In this document: positions 48,386 through 60,400 of the stretch, one piece after another
Layout of the letters: the number at the start of each line of letters is the position of its first letter
Numbering within the stretch: the first letter of the stretch is position 1
Assembly (NCBI GenBank): GCA_963784355.1
Contig: CAWAQU010000012.1
Coordinates: 135,760 to 199,759, forward strand
Length of the DNA stretch: 64,000 nt
Direction of reading: 5' to 3'
DNA from: an uncultured bacterium
GTDB lineage: Bacteria > Patescibacteriota > JACMRA01
Program-made: the position numbers and the translations under genes
The notes under the pieces: generated by a model
Databases searched by the model: none
What the model saw: the letters and a program-made list of their open reading frames with translations, nothing else
Told to the model about the DNA's origin: nothing

Positions 48386-50203
48386 CTAGAAGAATTTATT
48401 TGGAAGTGCTTTTTTAATTTGATTGTATTTCTTAGTTACTTTTGAAGTTCTTTTTACATCTCTAAATTTAGTTGGAAAAAAATTGTGTATTTCACCATTA
48501 AACTTTTTTTCTTTTAAAATGTTAATTATTTCTTCCAAATATCCCAAACCAAATAGTGCCAGTTCCTCAAAAAACACAGCATCCTGAGACCTATCCATTA
48601 GGTCACTCAATAAGTGTTTAAAACTTAAACTATTTGAAAATGGTGTGCGTAAAAATTCATTATTAGTGTTATTAACTATAAGCAAAGTATTTCTAAAATA
48701 AGATTTTATATGTTCTACAGCATAAGGTTTTTTTACATGTAAATCTTTATCTTCTGAAAATGGATAAGCAATATAATCTGGAGCTCTTAGCCAGAACCAC
48801 TCACTTTTATATAGAATATCAAACAAATTATTTATATTTTTTGTACAAATAGAAACATAATAGTTTTTGATATTCTCCTTAACCTTAATTGTTCCTTCAT
48901 TATAGAAGTCATGAATTATTTCGTTCATTGAATAATTATAATATCCTAAAACTTCATTGATTAAATAAACATTTTTTGTTCTAAATACTTCTTTTCCTAT
49001 ATTAAAAACTAAATTTGGAAAAAAATTCATTTCATTTTCAACATCATGTTTGAAATATTGGTACTCTGAAAAACTCTCTTCGATTATTTCTGAATCTTCT
49101 TTTTCGTTTAAACTATGTAACATTTCTATAGTTTGTGTTGCCATGCCAGTTCTCACCATCACATAGCCATTATTATATTTTTCACGAAAACTTTCATATA
49201 GATTATGAATAAATTTATCAGCAATAAGATCATGGAAACCCTCTTTCTTGATACCAGCTACAAAAAGTTTTTCAATTTTTTCAGAATATCTATATCTATA
49301 GCCCCTTTTCAAACTTACTTGCATATTATGCTTATGAAGATGATAAGGTATCCGCAAACTAAAATTCAAACATAAATTATATATGTTCCGTCTATTTTGC
49401 TCAATTGCTTCAAACCCTACAAAACGGATCCAATTCATAAAATAGTCACAGGACTGAGCTAGGTTAAAATCAATATTTTCAATTTGAATATTTTTTTCAT
49501 CCTTAATTTTTACTATTCCTTCGTAATATTTTATTCTATCAATTAAAAATTCTAATTTTTTATCAAAATATACTGTTAAAAACTTGACGTTATCATTAAC
49601 TACCAAATTTCTTAAAAACTCTCTAATTTCAAGCTCATCTGAATTATATAGAAAATCGGAAATTATATTTGGATCATTTAGTGATAATGTTGTTTTATAA
49701 ATTTTTGGTATTAATATTAATAGCGAAATAACTAAAGTAACTATACCTAGTAAGAAAAATCTGACGAATTTAAATTCAAAATAACCTATTCTTGAGAGTA
49801 AAATTGAAAAAATAAATATTAAAATATTAAACAAATATAACTGAATTAAAAAGTTTAAGGGTGACTTTCTAATAAGATATTTAATACCTAAAAATCCAAC
49901 AAAATTTTGTGATCTTTCGGTTATAAAAATAAATACTGTAAAAACAATAGATATAATTCCACCTAAAAGTCCGACAGCTAAACTAGAAAATTGAATTACT
50001 AAATCTGGATCTACGTTGATCTTTGCATTCAAAAAACCTGTATTTGGTATATACAATAGAGCGATAATAGTAGCAATTAAGAAAAACAATAAAATAAATA
50101 CATGGTTTAGAATATATAAGTTTTTTGACTTATAAAAATATTTAATTTTTCCAGAATATCGCCATTTATACAACCTAATTTTTTCTATTAATTTATTAAT
50201 CAT
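48386..50203 (-). CDS. membrane protein (4 TM + large helical cytoplasmic domain), possibly DUF2254-like
   Basis: 605-aa, very AT-rich ORF with N-terminal TM helices. Confidence 0.7.
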   Translation of the reverse strand: MINKLIEKIRLYKWRYSGKIKYFYKSKNLYILNHVFILLFFLIATIIALLYIPNTGFLNAKINVDPDLVIQFSSLAVGLLGGIISIVFTVFIFITERSQNFVGFLGIKYLIRKSPLNFLIQLYLFNILIFIFSILLSRIGYFEFKFVRFFLLGIVTLVISLLILIPKIYKTTLSLNDPNIISDFLYNSDELEIREFLRNLVVNDNVKFLTVYFDKKLEFLIDRIKYYEGIVKIKDEKNIQIENIDFNLAQSCDYFMNWIRFVGFEAIEQNRRNIYNLCLNFSLRIPYHLHKHNMQVSLKRGYRYRYSEKIEKLFVAGIKKEGFHDLIADKFIHNLYESFREKYNNGYVMVRTGMATQTIEMLHSLNEKEDSEIIEESFSEYQYFKHDVENEMNFFPNLVFNIGKEVFRTKNVYLINEVLGYYNYSMNEIIHDFYNEGTIKVKENIKNYYVSICTKNINNLFDILYKSEWFWLRAPDYIAYPFSEDKDLHVKKPYAVEHIKSYFRNTLLIVNNTNNEFLRTPFSNSLSFKHLLSDLMDRSQDAVFFEELALFGLGYLEEIINILKEKKFNGEIHNFFPTKFRDVKRTSKVTKKYNQIKKALPNKFF

Positions 50204-50405
50204 AAAAAATCATTATAATTTTCCACGTTGTACATTTTGCCGATTTTGTAAGAATATTTTAGGGCCATATTGCTTGCAGGCTAATAAATTGTTATACTTA
50301 AATAAATGAATTTACACTTTTTTTATTTTTTAAGATTACTTGTGTTTTTTGCCGAATAGAGGGGATTAATATTATTTATTCTAGATAGCATATTACCTCT
50401 ACTTC

Positions 50406-50648
50406 CTATCCTGTGGGGATTTCTACAAATTCATCAAAAGGCATTGTAGCTTTAGAATAATTTGGATCACCTGATTGCTCACCAAAATCTTGTATACCAT
50501 AAACAATCATTTCATTTAAGTTAAGATCAACATACGATATTTCTCCATTATCCCACATTAAAACCCAGCGTTTACGATCTATTCCGTTTACTAATTCTTT
50601 AATTTTATCAATTTTATTTTCCTTGATTTTTTTGATAATATGGTCCAA
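50406..50648 (-). CDS. hypothetical / degenerate immunity-like fragment
   Basis: 80-aa ORF with a TTG start only; the frame stays open a little upstream until a TAA. Lies in the post-toxin array. Confidence 0.45.
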   Translation of the reverse strand: MDHIIKKIKENKIDKIKELVNGIDRKRWVLMWDNGEISYVDLNLNEMIVYGIQDFGEQSGDPNYSKATMPFDEFVEIPTG

Positions 50649-50788
50649 TTTGTTTTTGATTTGGTCTAAAACTGTAGGATCTTCATAATTCAGTATTATA
50701 AGAACTTACAATTAGTGAATCATATAAATCAAGTGTATACCATACCTGTCACGATCAATTATTTTTATAGTTATATTTACTTCTCACA

Positions 50789-51146
50789 CTAAATATAATT
50801 TTCAACACTTGGCTTAATTACCATCTCCCATACTTCTTGAGGAGTATTAAATCTGCCTGTTTCCTGCCATCCAACAGATGCGTAAGTGTGAATTAATAGG
50901 TATTTATTTTCGTACTCACAAATATAATCATCTGAACCAAAATCCCTCATAAGTGGAATTAGTTTACCATTATAAGCTTGATTTATACATATCATTAATA
51001 GTTTTAGAAGTCTGGTCATAATCTTTATTATCAAACATTAGTTGCCAGTCTTTAGCGATATTGATGTATTTGCTATACAAGTCTTGTTGATGTAGATATC
51101 CATTTAATTCTGTTGCTAATTTGGTTGGTTTGAATATTTCATTCAT
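50789..51146 (-). pseudogene. frameshifted paralogue of the immunity-like gene
   Basis: ATG 51146 MNEIFKPTKLATELNGYLHQQDLYSKY...INDMY, an extra A near 50984, then NQAYNGKLIPLMRDFGSDDYICEY...FNTPQEVWEMVIKP. Confidence 0.75.
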
Positions 51147-51474
51147 GAATCAATTTTTTAATTACATTATCCCAAACTTCTTCTGCTGTATCATAAATTT
51201 GATAGGATACATCTGGAGGTAATCTCCATGTGTTTAGTACTACATATTTTTCATTCCACACAAATAAAACTTTATCACTGTAACCAAGATCAACAATTGG
51301 TACTAATTCCCGATTAAAATAATTATGAAAAGTGTTATTAAATTGATCAATTAAATCTTGTTCAAATGAATGGGGATTCACAGCTAAGGAGTGGGAATTA
51401 TTTAACCTGAATTCATTATACAAAGGCTGTTTTTCTAAAAAAGCTTTTAAGTTGCTTATTTGTTCTGTTTTCAT
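51139..51474 (-). CDS. putative cognate immunity protein
   Basis: 111-aa ORF starting 8 nt after the toxin stop; similar to the next gene (LVPIVDLGYSD...YDTAEEVWDNVIK). Confidence 0.7.
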   Translation of the reverse strand: MKTEQISNLKAFLEKQPLYNEFRLNNSHSLAVNPHSFEQDLIDQFNNTFHNYFNRELVPIVDLGYSDKVLFVWNEKYVVLNTWRLPPDVSYQIYDTAEEVWDNVIKKLIHE

Positions 51475-51482
51475 AATTAAAA

Positions 51483-54400
51483 TTACTTTATACTTGGATT
51501 ATTAAATGTACCATTTATACTGTCATTTAAAACTGGCTTGTTTATAGCTCGAGTAGTTCTATTAGTGATAGCCTCGCCCCAGGTTTTAGCAAATGTACCA
51601 TTTGTCTCGTTTTTAAATCGATTTACCATATAGTCAGGCAAGGGATCTGTAGCGTTGTGGATTATTACCTTTGCATCAATTCCTGCATTTTTTGCGGCAA
51701 TTAATCTTGTATTATCTATTGACGTAAATACACCGTCAGACATTTTTACAATGTCAATTGGGTCACCAATCCAACCATTTTTTACCATACTGTTATATAT
51801 AATGTTATAATCTGCAATATCAACAAATGCTTGGCTAAACCTTATTTCAATACTCTTTTTAAACTCAATAATTGATTTTACTATCCTTCTAGCCTGATTA
51901 ATAATGATATAGTCATTACCATTTTTTATAATTTTACTGAATTTAAAAAAGTTTGTATCATCAGCATTATCCACAAACTGAAGTGCATCAGAGGCAGATA
52001 CTCCAACTGCATCAGCAGATAACCAGCGTATGGTTACAGATTTCCCGAACAAATCAATAGTCTCGTCAATATATCTGGCAAACTTGTTTACTAACAAATT
52101 ACTTGCCGATATTACTTTAGTAAATAGAAGTTCAACTTTTGTAAAGTTCACTGCAGTTTGAAATACCTTCAAATCTTTTGCTAAAACTGAAATAGTTTTT
52201 GTCGCTGCTACAATTTCTCCAACTCCAATAAATAATGAACCCACATTAACTACAGTTGCCCCAAACATCTTACCAAATATCTCCAGCCTTTCTTGAATAC
52301 TCTTAGTTTTGTAATCATCATAAAACTTAGCTAAGTAGCTTTGAGTGATCTGAGTAATAGCATCCCAATTATTTACTATCTCCGAATTTAGGATTGTGCC
52401 CGTTAAAGTACTAGGTAAATTACCATTAAATGCAGCAAAACTAAGCAAAGCAATCTGCATAGATGATAAATCCTGTAATTTTGCTTTTAGATAGTTCAAC
52501 AGGTTAGTCCAGAAGTTCATGTCAGTAATCTTGCTCATTGCAAACTTACTAAGCTCACCGAAAGTTTTAGGTATTTCTGCTATACCCTTAATAGTATCTG
52601 CTACAGTCTGAGCTGAGCCTTGGATAATACCCCATAATAAATAAACAGTATTTTGTATTTTAGTAAGTAAATCCTGATACTTTGATGCCTGACACTCTAC
52701 TTGGCCTTTTAACCAATTAAATATATCATTTACATTATTTGGAATTAACTTACGCAAGCAAGGATCAGAATTTGTAAGAGTTTGTAGAATAGGAACTATA
52801 GTTTGATTTAAGTCACTGTCTACTTGATTAGACAACAAGCTTACGATATCATTAAGTGATCTATTATCTGATTCAAACAGTGCGGTATTTCCTACTTTAC
52901 TTCTAGTATCTTCCGGTGGTAAATCTTCAAGATCAATGTCACCACTTCCAGTACCTCCAGTTCCACCACCTGTACCGCTGTCTACAACCTCATCAGCGTC
53001 GGTAGCATTGGTATTACAGAAATAGTTTTTCTGGTCCGTAGTAGTTACGTTACCACTACCTTGGTATAGATAATTACCTGGATTTACATACACTCCGTTT
53101 TGCAATAAAGCAAAGTGTAAATGAGGTGCGGTTGAATCTCCAGTCGCCCCCATGATACCGATTTGTTGACCTGCAGCTACAGTTTGGCCTTCTATTACTT
53201 TTACTTCAGGTGAAAGATGAGCATAGAGAGATACTAAACCTCCGCCATGGTCAATTTTTACAACATTTGCAAATCCTCCGTAAGCACCTTTGGCACTAGC
53301 TGCATCAGTCTTACCGTAGTTGTTGGTGAAGCTATTTACTACCTTGATCACTGTACCACCTTTTACGGCTAAAACAGGTTGAGTGTATGGATCTCCACTT
53401 ACTGCCACATCAATACCATTATGTCCTGGTCTTGAACTAGTTTGGAATCCTGAAGACACAACTGCTTGAGCACTTTGAATCGGATTTGCCCAACCTGTAC
53501 TAGAGACAGAACCACTGCATGAAGGACAAGCTTTGGTAGTGATGCTTGTTTGAGCTGTAGTTGAAACATTTCCTGCTCTATCAGTAAGCTTGACTGCAAT
53601 TGTGTAAGTAGCTCCTCCACAAGCTAGATTTGTGCCCAAAATATCACTGGTTTGGTACATACCCGTATCCGGTATGGTTATGGTTCTAGAGGTATTTAAA
53701 TTAGCTGAAGTTGATGTAATTTGAATATCAGCTCTGGTTTTAGCTTCTCCTTGGATTTTCAATCCTAATTTTTCATATAGATCATAAGTAACAGGGGTTT
53801 TAGTGGCAGTTAGGGTAGGGGAAGCAGGACTCACACTATCCCTCTCAACCATCTTCTCAGCCCAACCACTCGTACTAACTCCACCACTCCCACTTCCCAT
53901 CACATTCCCCGCACTATCCGAACTTCTCACCCTAATCAAATACAATCCATCACTACACTTTCCAAGTCTTCTATTCTTAATCGGAATATTAGTAGGGTTA
54001 GTAGCGCCCGTTGTACCAGTATTTGTACTCTCCACCTCTTGAATACAACTAGCTCCTCTACTCTCATCAGTACTTCCATTTCCTAGATTAACTGTATACT
54101 TACCTCTTGTACTATCCCAAACTACTGCTCCAGTGCCTCCACTTCCTGCAACCCCATCAACCCTTGTCATCTTGGTATTATACGTAGTACTAGGAGTTGT
54201 ACCACTTCCTCCATTTATTCCACTAAGATCAAACCCATTCATAAATACTCTACTACCAACTAAACCTGCTCCAGTAGTTACATTACTACTATTTTCTCTA
54301 CCACTAGTTAGATTACCATATTGATACTGAATATCACTTCTCTCATCAGAAGCATGAGTAGCTACTACTCTAACATCTTTAGTAATAGGAGTCTGACCAA

Positions 54401-57400
54401 AAGTAAGGTTAGTTGGACTAATTCCTTGATTGATAAAGCTGTTTTCAATACCTTGATCTACAATAGTACCGGGGTTGATAGTTGTGGTTGTGGTTACAGT
54501 TCCGGTACTTGAGGTTGAAGTTGTTCCATTTACAGTACTACTTCCATAACTATTAGAAGCAAAATCAGAAATACCTACACTTATTGGAGCTTTAGTATCA
54601 TGATAAACAGTAAGAGTTCTACTTCTAGTTTGATTGATAAAGCTATCTTTGTCAGTAGGGGTGATACCTGTTGTAGTTGCTGAGTTAACTACTGTACCTG
54701 GGTTATTCCTATCCTGCAAAGCTGAGTGGAAAGAAAGATTGCCTGCTAAATCTACTGTATAGAAAGAAAGTTGATAGTTGTTGATTGGATTATTACTGAC
54801 ATCAGCTGCCTTACCATCATCAGGGAAAACAAAAGTAAATTTAACCAAACACTTATCTTTAAACTTAGTAACAATTAGATTAGAACCGGGTAGGGGTTGG
54901 CTAGTGTTGTTATCAACAAATGTACCATATTTATCACTACTTACATCAGTACTACCTGTAGTGGTGCAACTTACAGCAGGGTTTGTAGCAGAAGCGTCCA
55001 ATAGTCTATACTGCTCTGTATCAGGGCTGATACTACCGTTTCCATTACCACTACTATTAGCTCCAGTATACTTGTAACCCATCACTACTCTTTGATTTTT
55101 CTCTACAGAGGTATTTAAAGTGATTTGGTTGGCCTTTAATGTATATACAGGGGTGTATTTGTCCGTATCTTGATTAGTTTGCTGGCCGGATTCATTAAAC
55201 CTGGTTTTGAGGTTATCAAAGGCCTTCTCAGTACAAGCCCTACTTAATCTCACATTTGGTGTAGCAGAAGTTGCCGAAGTAGTTGAACCACTGGGACCAT
55301 TGTCAAAGGAATTAAAGTATCTTTGATCAGTTAGGTTTCTATCAGTTTCCGGAGTTAGACCATTGGCACATAATCCGTCTAAACTATCTCCCCAGCCTGT
55401 CAGTTCAAAATCACCTTTTACAGTATTTGTGTTATCAATGAATAAACTGAAATCCAGACTCTTGCTTCTAGCTTGTTGATTATATGGGTAGCTCTTTGGA
55501 ATTGCTGCAGTATCTGAGCCTAGTCTTGTTGGGCCTGCTTGAGCCAGGGGTACCCCAAAGAATATATCTTTTTGCGTTTGAGTTAGATTGGCTTGGGTGG
55601 TGGTATTGGTCTGAACGTCGGTAGTAAGGAGGAAATCAGTATCAAGCAGTTTTTTAGTACCTACATTTTTACTGTGAATTTGCGTACCCATGTAACCTTT
55701 TGTACTGTTTGGTCTCATGCTTTTTAAGATACCCAAAAGATCATCCTGTTTGGTTTGGTTGTTTGTAAATAGAATTTGATTACCGGCTAAGTCCTGTAAA
55801 TATACGCTTGGGTAATAGACACCTTCACCATTTGGTCTATTGATAGTCAGGTTGGCACTATGGATGGTATCGGCCAGATATTTATAATGGCATGAATAAG
55901 GTACATTGATATTATTTTTCAAGTCATAAGCACTGTAAGTAGAACAGGCTACAGCTTGTCCTGTGATCGGATTTACAAAGTCGCCTAAACCTGACTCAGC
56001 TTTATTATTGACATTTTCGGGGTCGCATGGATCGTTAATGCTCATTGCCATCACAGTACCGCCTTCTTTTTTGGTATTACATTCAAAGCCCACTTCATTA
56101 AATATGGAAGATTCTGTGGTTTCTTCATCAGTTTTAAACGTGAATTTTACTTGATCCCCACTATGTATCCAAGGATTAGTTGAAAATTCGTTGTTTAGGG
56201 AATTTGATTGAGTTTGTACCCAGTTGAGTTCGGGAGTTTTGCGATCGTATTTTATCTTATAGTTGTATATAGTGTTGGCAACCGCGGGTCCGACTGAAGC
56301 AGATAGAGAGACGGTGTAAGTCTTTTCGGTGCCTTCGGGTATTTCAGGCAAGGTCAAAGAATTACTAAAAATACCGATGTTGTTGGCTTTAGTAGCTTCA
56401 CCACCTGTAGTTTGATAGACTATTGTCGCACCGTCTTTAATAGTTAGATTGATGTCTGCTTGAGGGTCAGTAGCGCCATATAGTTTGATAATATTAGAGT
56501 TGGTATAAAGAGTAGTAGTGTTATTAACCGGATTGGTAAGTTTGTATACCGGTCTCATTTCATAACATACATCTGAATTTGCCATTTCAGCTACAAAACA
56601 ATTACGATCTTCCTTCAAACTTCTTTTTTCCATTTTAAGTAGAGTAGGAGTGTAGGGCTTGACTCCACTAACTTCAAAAGCAACATATTTATCCAAAATG
56701 CTTTCACCTTTGTATGATCTAATTCTAGCCTGATAACTACCCCCAAGCACATCACTGTCCTGTCCTAAAAGGTAGTTGAAAGTCCAAGTACAGCCACTAT
56801 CCTGATTACATTTATTGGCGTAGCCTAGTTCTTTAGCTGATAAATAATAGGTTTTACCTGCTACATCAACTTTTTTTAAGGTATCTTTTTGGTTTTTCTT
56901 TATAATTGTATCAAGCGTAGGATTTAGACTGCCATTGTCTTCAGCCAGATTGTTGATAGAGCTGATACGTTTGATTGGTACTGGGTTATAATTGGCATCG
57001 GTTTGGGCAGTATTTAAACCATTTACATTTCCAATTAAATCAATATCTGCTGCCTCGGTATTTTTGTCCACATTGACTTTGAAAGTAATATATTTCAGGT
57101 CTTGCAGTTTTAAATATTTGTTATTAAGTGGTGTTTGATTGATAAATGCATCCAGTTCATCTTTGGAATTCAATCCTGCTAAATTGGAGGTCGCCGTCGC
57201 ACTTAGGTTTTGTGTAGATTCGGCTGTGAGAGTTACAGGATCGGAATTTTCAGTAGTATGTCCTAAGTTGTCACTAGCTTTTACTGTAAGCACGTAGTTT
57301 CTAGTTATAGTATCCACTGCAGTAGTTAGAATACCTGAAAAGAAACCTGTGGTTGTGACTTGTGTATTGGCCTTAACTTCACATACCCCATCCCCGTTAG

Positions 57401-60400
57401 GGTAGGTAGTTGTCTTTTCATCCAGACAAATGTTGGCGGTCCAAATACGAGGCATTACAGTAGTTGCTGTATCACTTGGGGTAGCTGCACCCTGGACAGT
57501 TACTACGCCTTTTGTGGTGGTATAGCCATTTTGTGGAGTCTGAATTATGGGCTTACTGTTGACGGGCAGGGAAGTTATGGAGCGAATTACTGTAGATGTA
57601 GTTGCATAGGTTTTTTCATTAGCCAATTTAATTTTAAATACGTAGCTATAGTTTGCGTCAGGAACTCTAGCACCTAGGCTCAAACCATGATTGTTTGCTG
57701 TAGTGGAGGCTACATTTACTTTACCGTCCCAGTAGAAATTGTTTGGAACACTGACTATATTGTTTCCAAATACAGTGCTACCGACGACAAGTGGGTCAGG
57801 GTACTGCCACATCAATCTGCCACCTGCATCTCTTATTTCTGCTCTGTAGTCAGCTTGTACGGGTGTCTCTGCTCCGTTTAAAGTACTATAAACTTTATTA
57901 CTGAAATTGACTGTATCAAATTTGCCGTCATTGTTTGGAGATATTGTGTTTCTTTCAGGACTGGAAACTATATTTACAGCACCCACATCCACTCGAATAT
58001 TACGGTTTAAAGTGGCCATGTTACCTAGATTTACGGCATCAATTTTTAGTTGATTGAGCTTTGGAGTGGTCAGGTCCGCAGAGTTATCTACTAAACTAAT
58101 CTTTAATTCATAATCACATACCTCTTTATCAGGAGTTTGCGGATTATTATCATGATCAACAAATTTATTACAGGTGAATTTTATTGGACTGCCTACATAA
58201 GTTAGAGTTCTGCCAGCTTCTACGCCCTCAGCGGACATAGTCTGTGAAGACAAATTCAACTCTTCAGGTAAAATGTTATTTTTACTAGGATCTACAGCTA
58301 TTCTGATAAATCTACCTAGAGTGCTATTATATATTTTCAACTGGCTGGATTTTTCAACTGTGCCCTTGACTATGGTAAAATTGTTGATGGTAATGTCTTC
58401 TTTTGGCTCACTCCATTGTAAATAAGTGTTGGTTTTAACTGTAAAGGCCTGGTCAAAATTTTGGTAAGCTGTGGTGTCAGCTCCACACTTTATCTCGGTA
58501 TTTATATTGGCCAAGTCTTTCGAACAAATCTGATTACCAGCAATATCGGTAGCTCTGACAAATAGCTTATAGCTAGCCTCACTGCTGAGCTCTTTGATAT
58601 CAAATTTACAGGTGACTTCATCGCTTTTTTTGTTGAGGTTGGGAGCGGTAGCCGGAATTGTAAAGTTACAACTCAAATTTTCGGCTAGTCTTTTTTTGCT
58701 GCTTGGATCGGTAACTGGTTGGCCATCTCTAAACAAAGGTAATTCTTTAGAAGTAGTCCAATTATCGAGAGTTTGTAGTAAAGAAACATCATAGCCGGTA
58801 GGATAGGTACCTATTGTAAGTCCTGAGGTCTGTTTATCATCTGCACCGACCTTATTGTCTTGTATTTTAAATCCTAAGCTAAAATCTTTAGTATTGTATT
58901 GAGTCTGTTGATTGATTGCAACTATACTAGGTTTAGTATCTTCATAGTTAAAATTGAAACTAGAAACACTTGTATTTTGCAACTTATCTTTGGCTTCAAA
59001 AGTGAAGGTATTTAAACCTTTATCTAAAATCTCGTTATTTAAAGAAAAATTGGGATTGGTATTTAGGTTTACCGGAACTGATTTATAAGCATAGCCGGTG
59101 GAGTTTGGTGTGGTACTTACAACATCCTTTTTTACTTTAAGTGAGTCAAAATTGTTGTTGCCTCCTGTTTTAGTAATGATTCCTCCAGATAAATTAATTG
59201 TAGATTTATTGACCCATCCGTCTACTTTGGGGTAGGATATATTTATATCGTTGGCTTTGGTGTCTATGGCTACAAAATTGTTTCCGGCTAGAGTGTAGCT
59301 TTCGTTGCCTGCTTTATCATAAGCTCTTACATCAATGGTGTAAAAACCGTCTTCCATATCTTGTCCTTGTTCATTTTTACCGTTCCAGATTGCTGTTAAA
59401 GTATATTTATCACTGTTGTCTTTGGTAAATGCTTGACTGTTACATGGATATGTAGTAGTTGTGTCCGGTAGTTTTACACATCTAGCTAAGCTGAGCACAG
59501 TTTTATCACTTAAAGTCGGTTGCTTATTTGTATCATCTTTATTCACATCAGTCCATCCGGTCCAGCTTATACCATCACTAGTTGATCTTTGCTTCAATTT
59601 GTTAGTACCTCGCTCAATAAAACTTTGGTATAAATTGCCATCGGAAATTTGAAATACAGGTACTTTATCTGAAGACATGAAATCAGTATGCCAACCTCCG
59701 AAATTTTCTCCGTCACCCTCCCTGGTAAACACGTATTTTTCATTATGAGCTCCAGTGATAGTTTGAAACCATTTTCCTTTAAATACAACACCTGCAACTT
59801 CATCCCAAGTGGAGCCTCCAGTATGTTTCCAACCGGTCCAGGTAGATCCGTCGCTGGAATACCTAGTGTAAATCAAACTATCTGTACCTCTGACTACTTG
59901 ATATAGCTTGCCGTTTAGTATATTTGTTTGAACTTTATTAAGTATATTACCTCCTCTTTCAAACCAGCCTCCCCATTCAATTTGACCTGTGGTATTGTTG
60001 TAAGTACCTACAGTCATAGCAATTGAATCAGTAACATTACCTCTAGTAGCGTAAAATAGCTTGTTTTGGAAAGTTACTAAAGACGGTTCACTAGTAGTTG
60101 AATCTCCTCCGTTTATCGAACTCCAAGTGGTTGGCCAGGTGATACCGTCGGTTGAACTTCTAAATACGTTTCTATTTGTATCTTTTTCTCTGGCAGCTTG
60201 GTATAAATTGTCATTTAAAACAGCCATTTGTACATTACCCGTAATACTACCTGTAGTGGCTACCCAATTAGACCAGACAATACCATCACCGGAGTTTCTG
60301 ATTATCGGAGTCCCATTTTGATTTTTGGCTTGGAAAAGTCTATTTTTAAATTTAATTTGAGTAATATAATTTCCGTCTTTATCTAAGATTCTTGTAGCCT

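Noticed and set aside
50270-50298. Plus-strand TTGCTT-17-TATACT promoter antisense to the immunity array
   Set aside because: Promoter-like hexamers are frequent in DNA this AT-rich, and no downstream terminator or structure supports a transcript.
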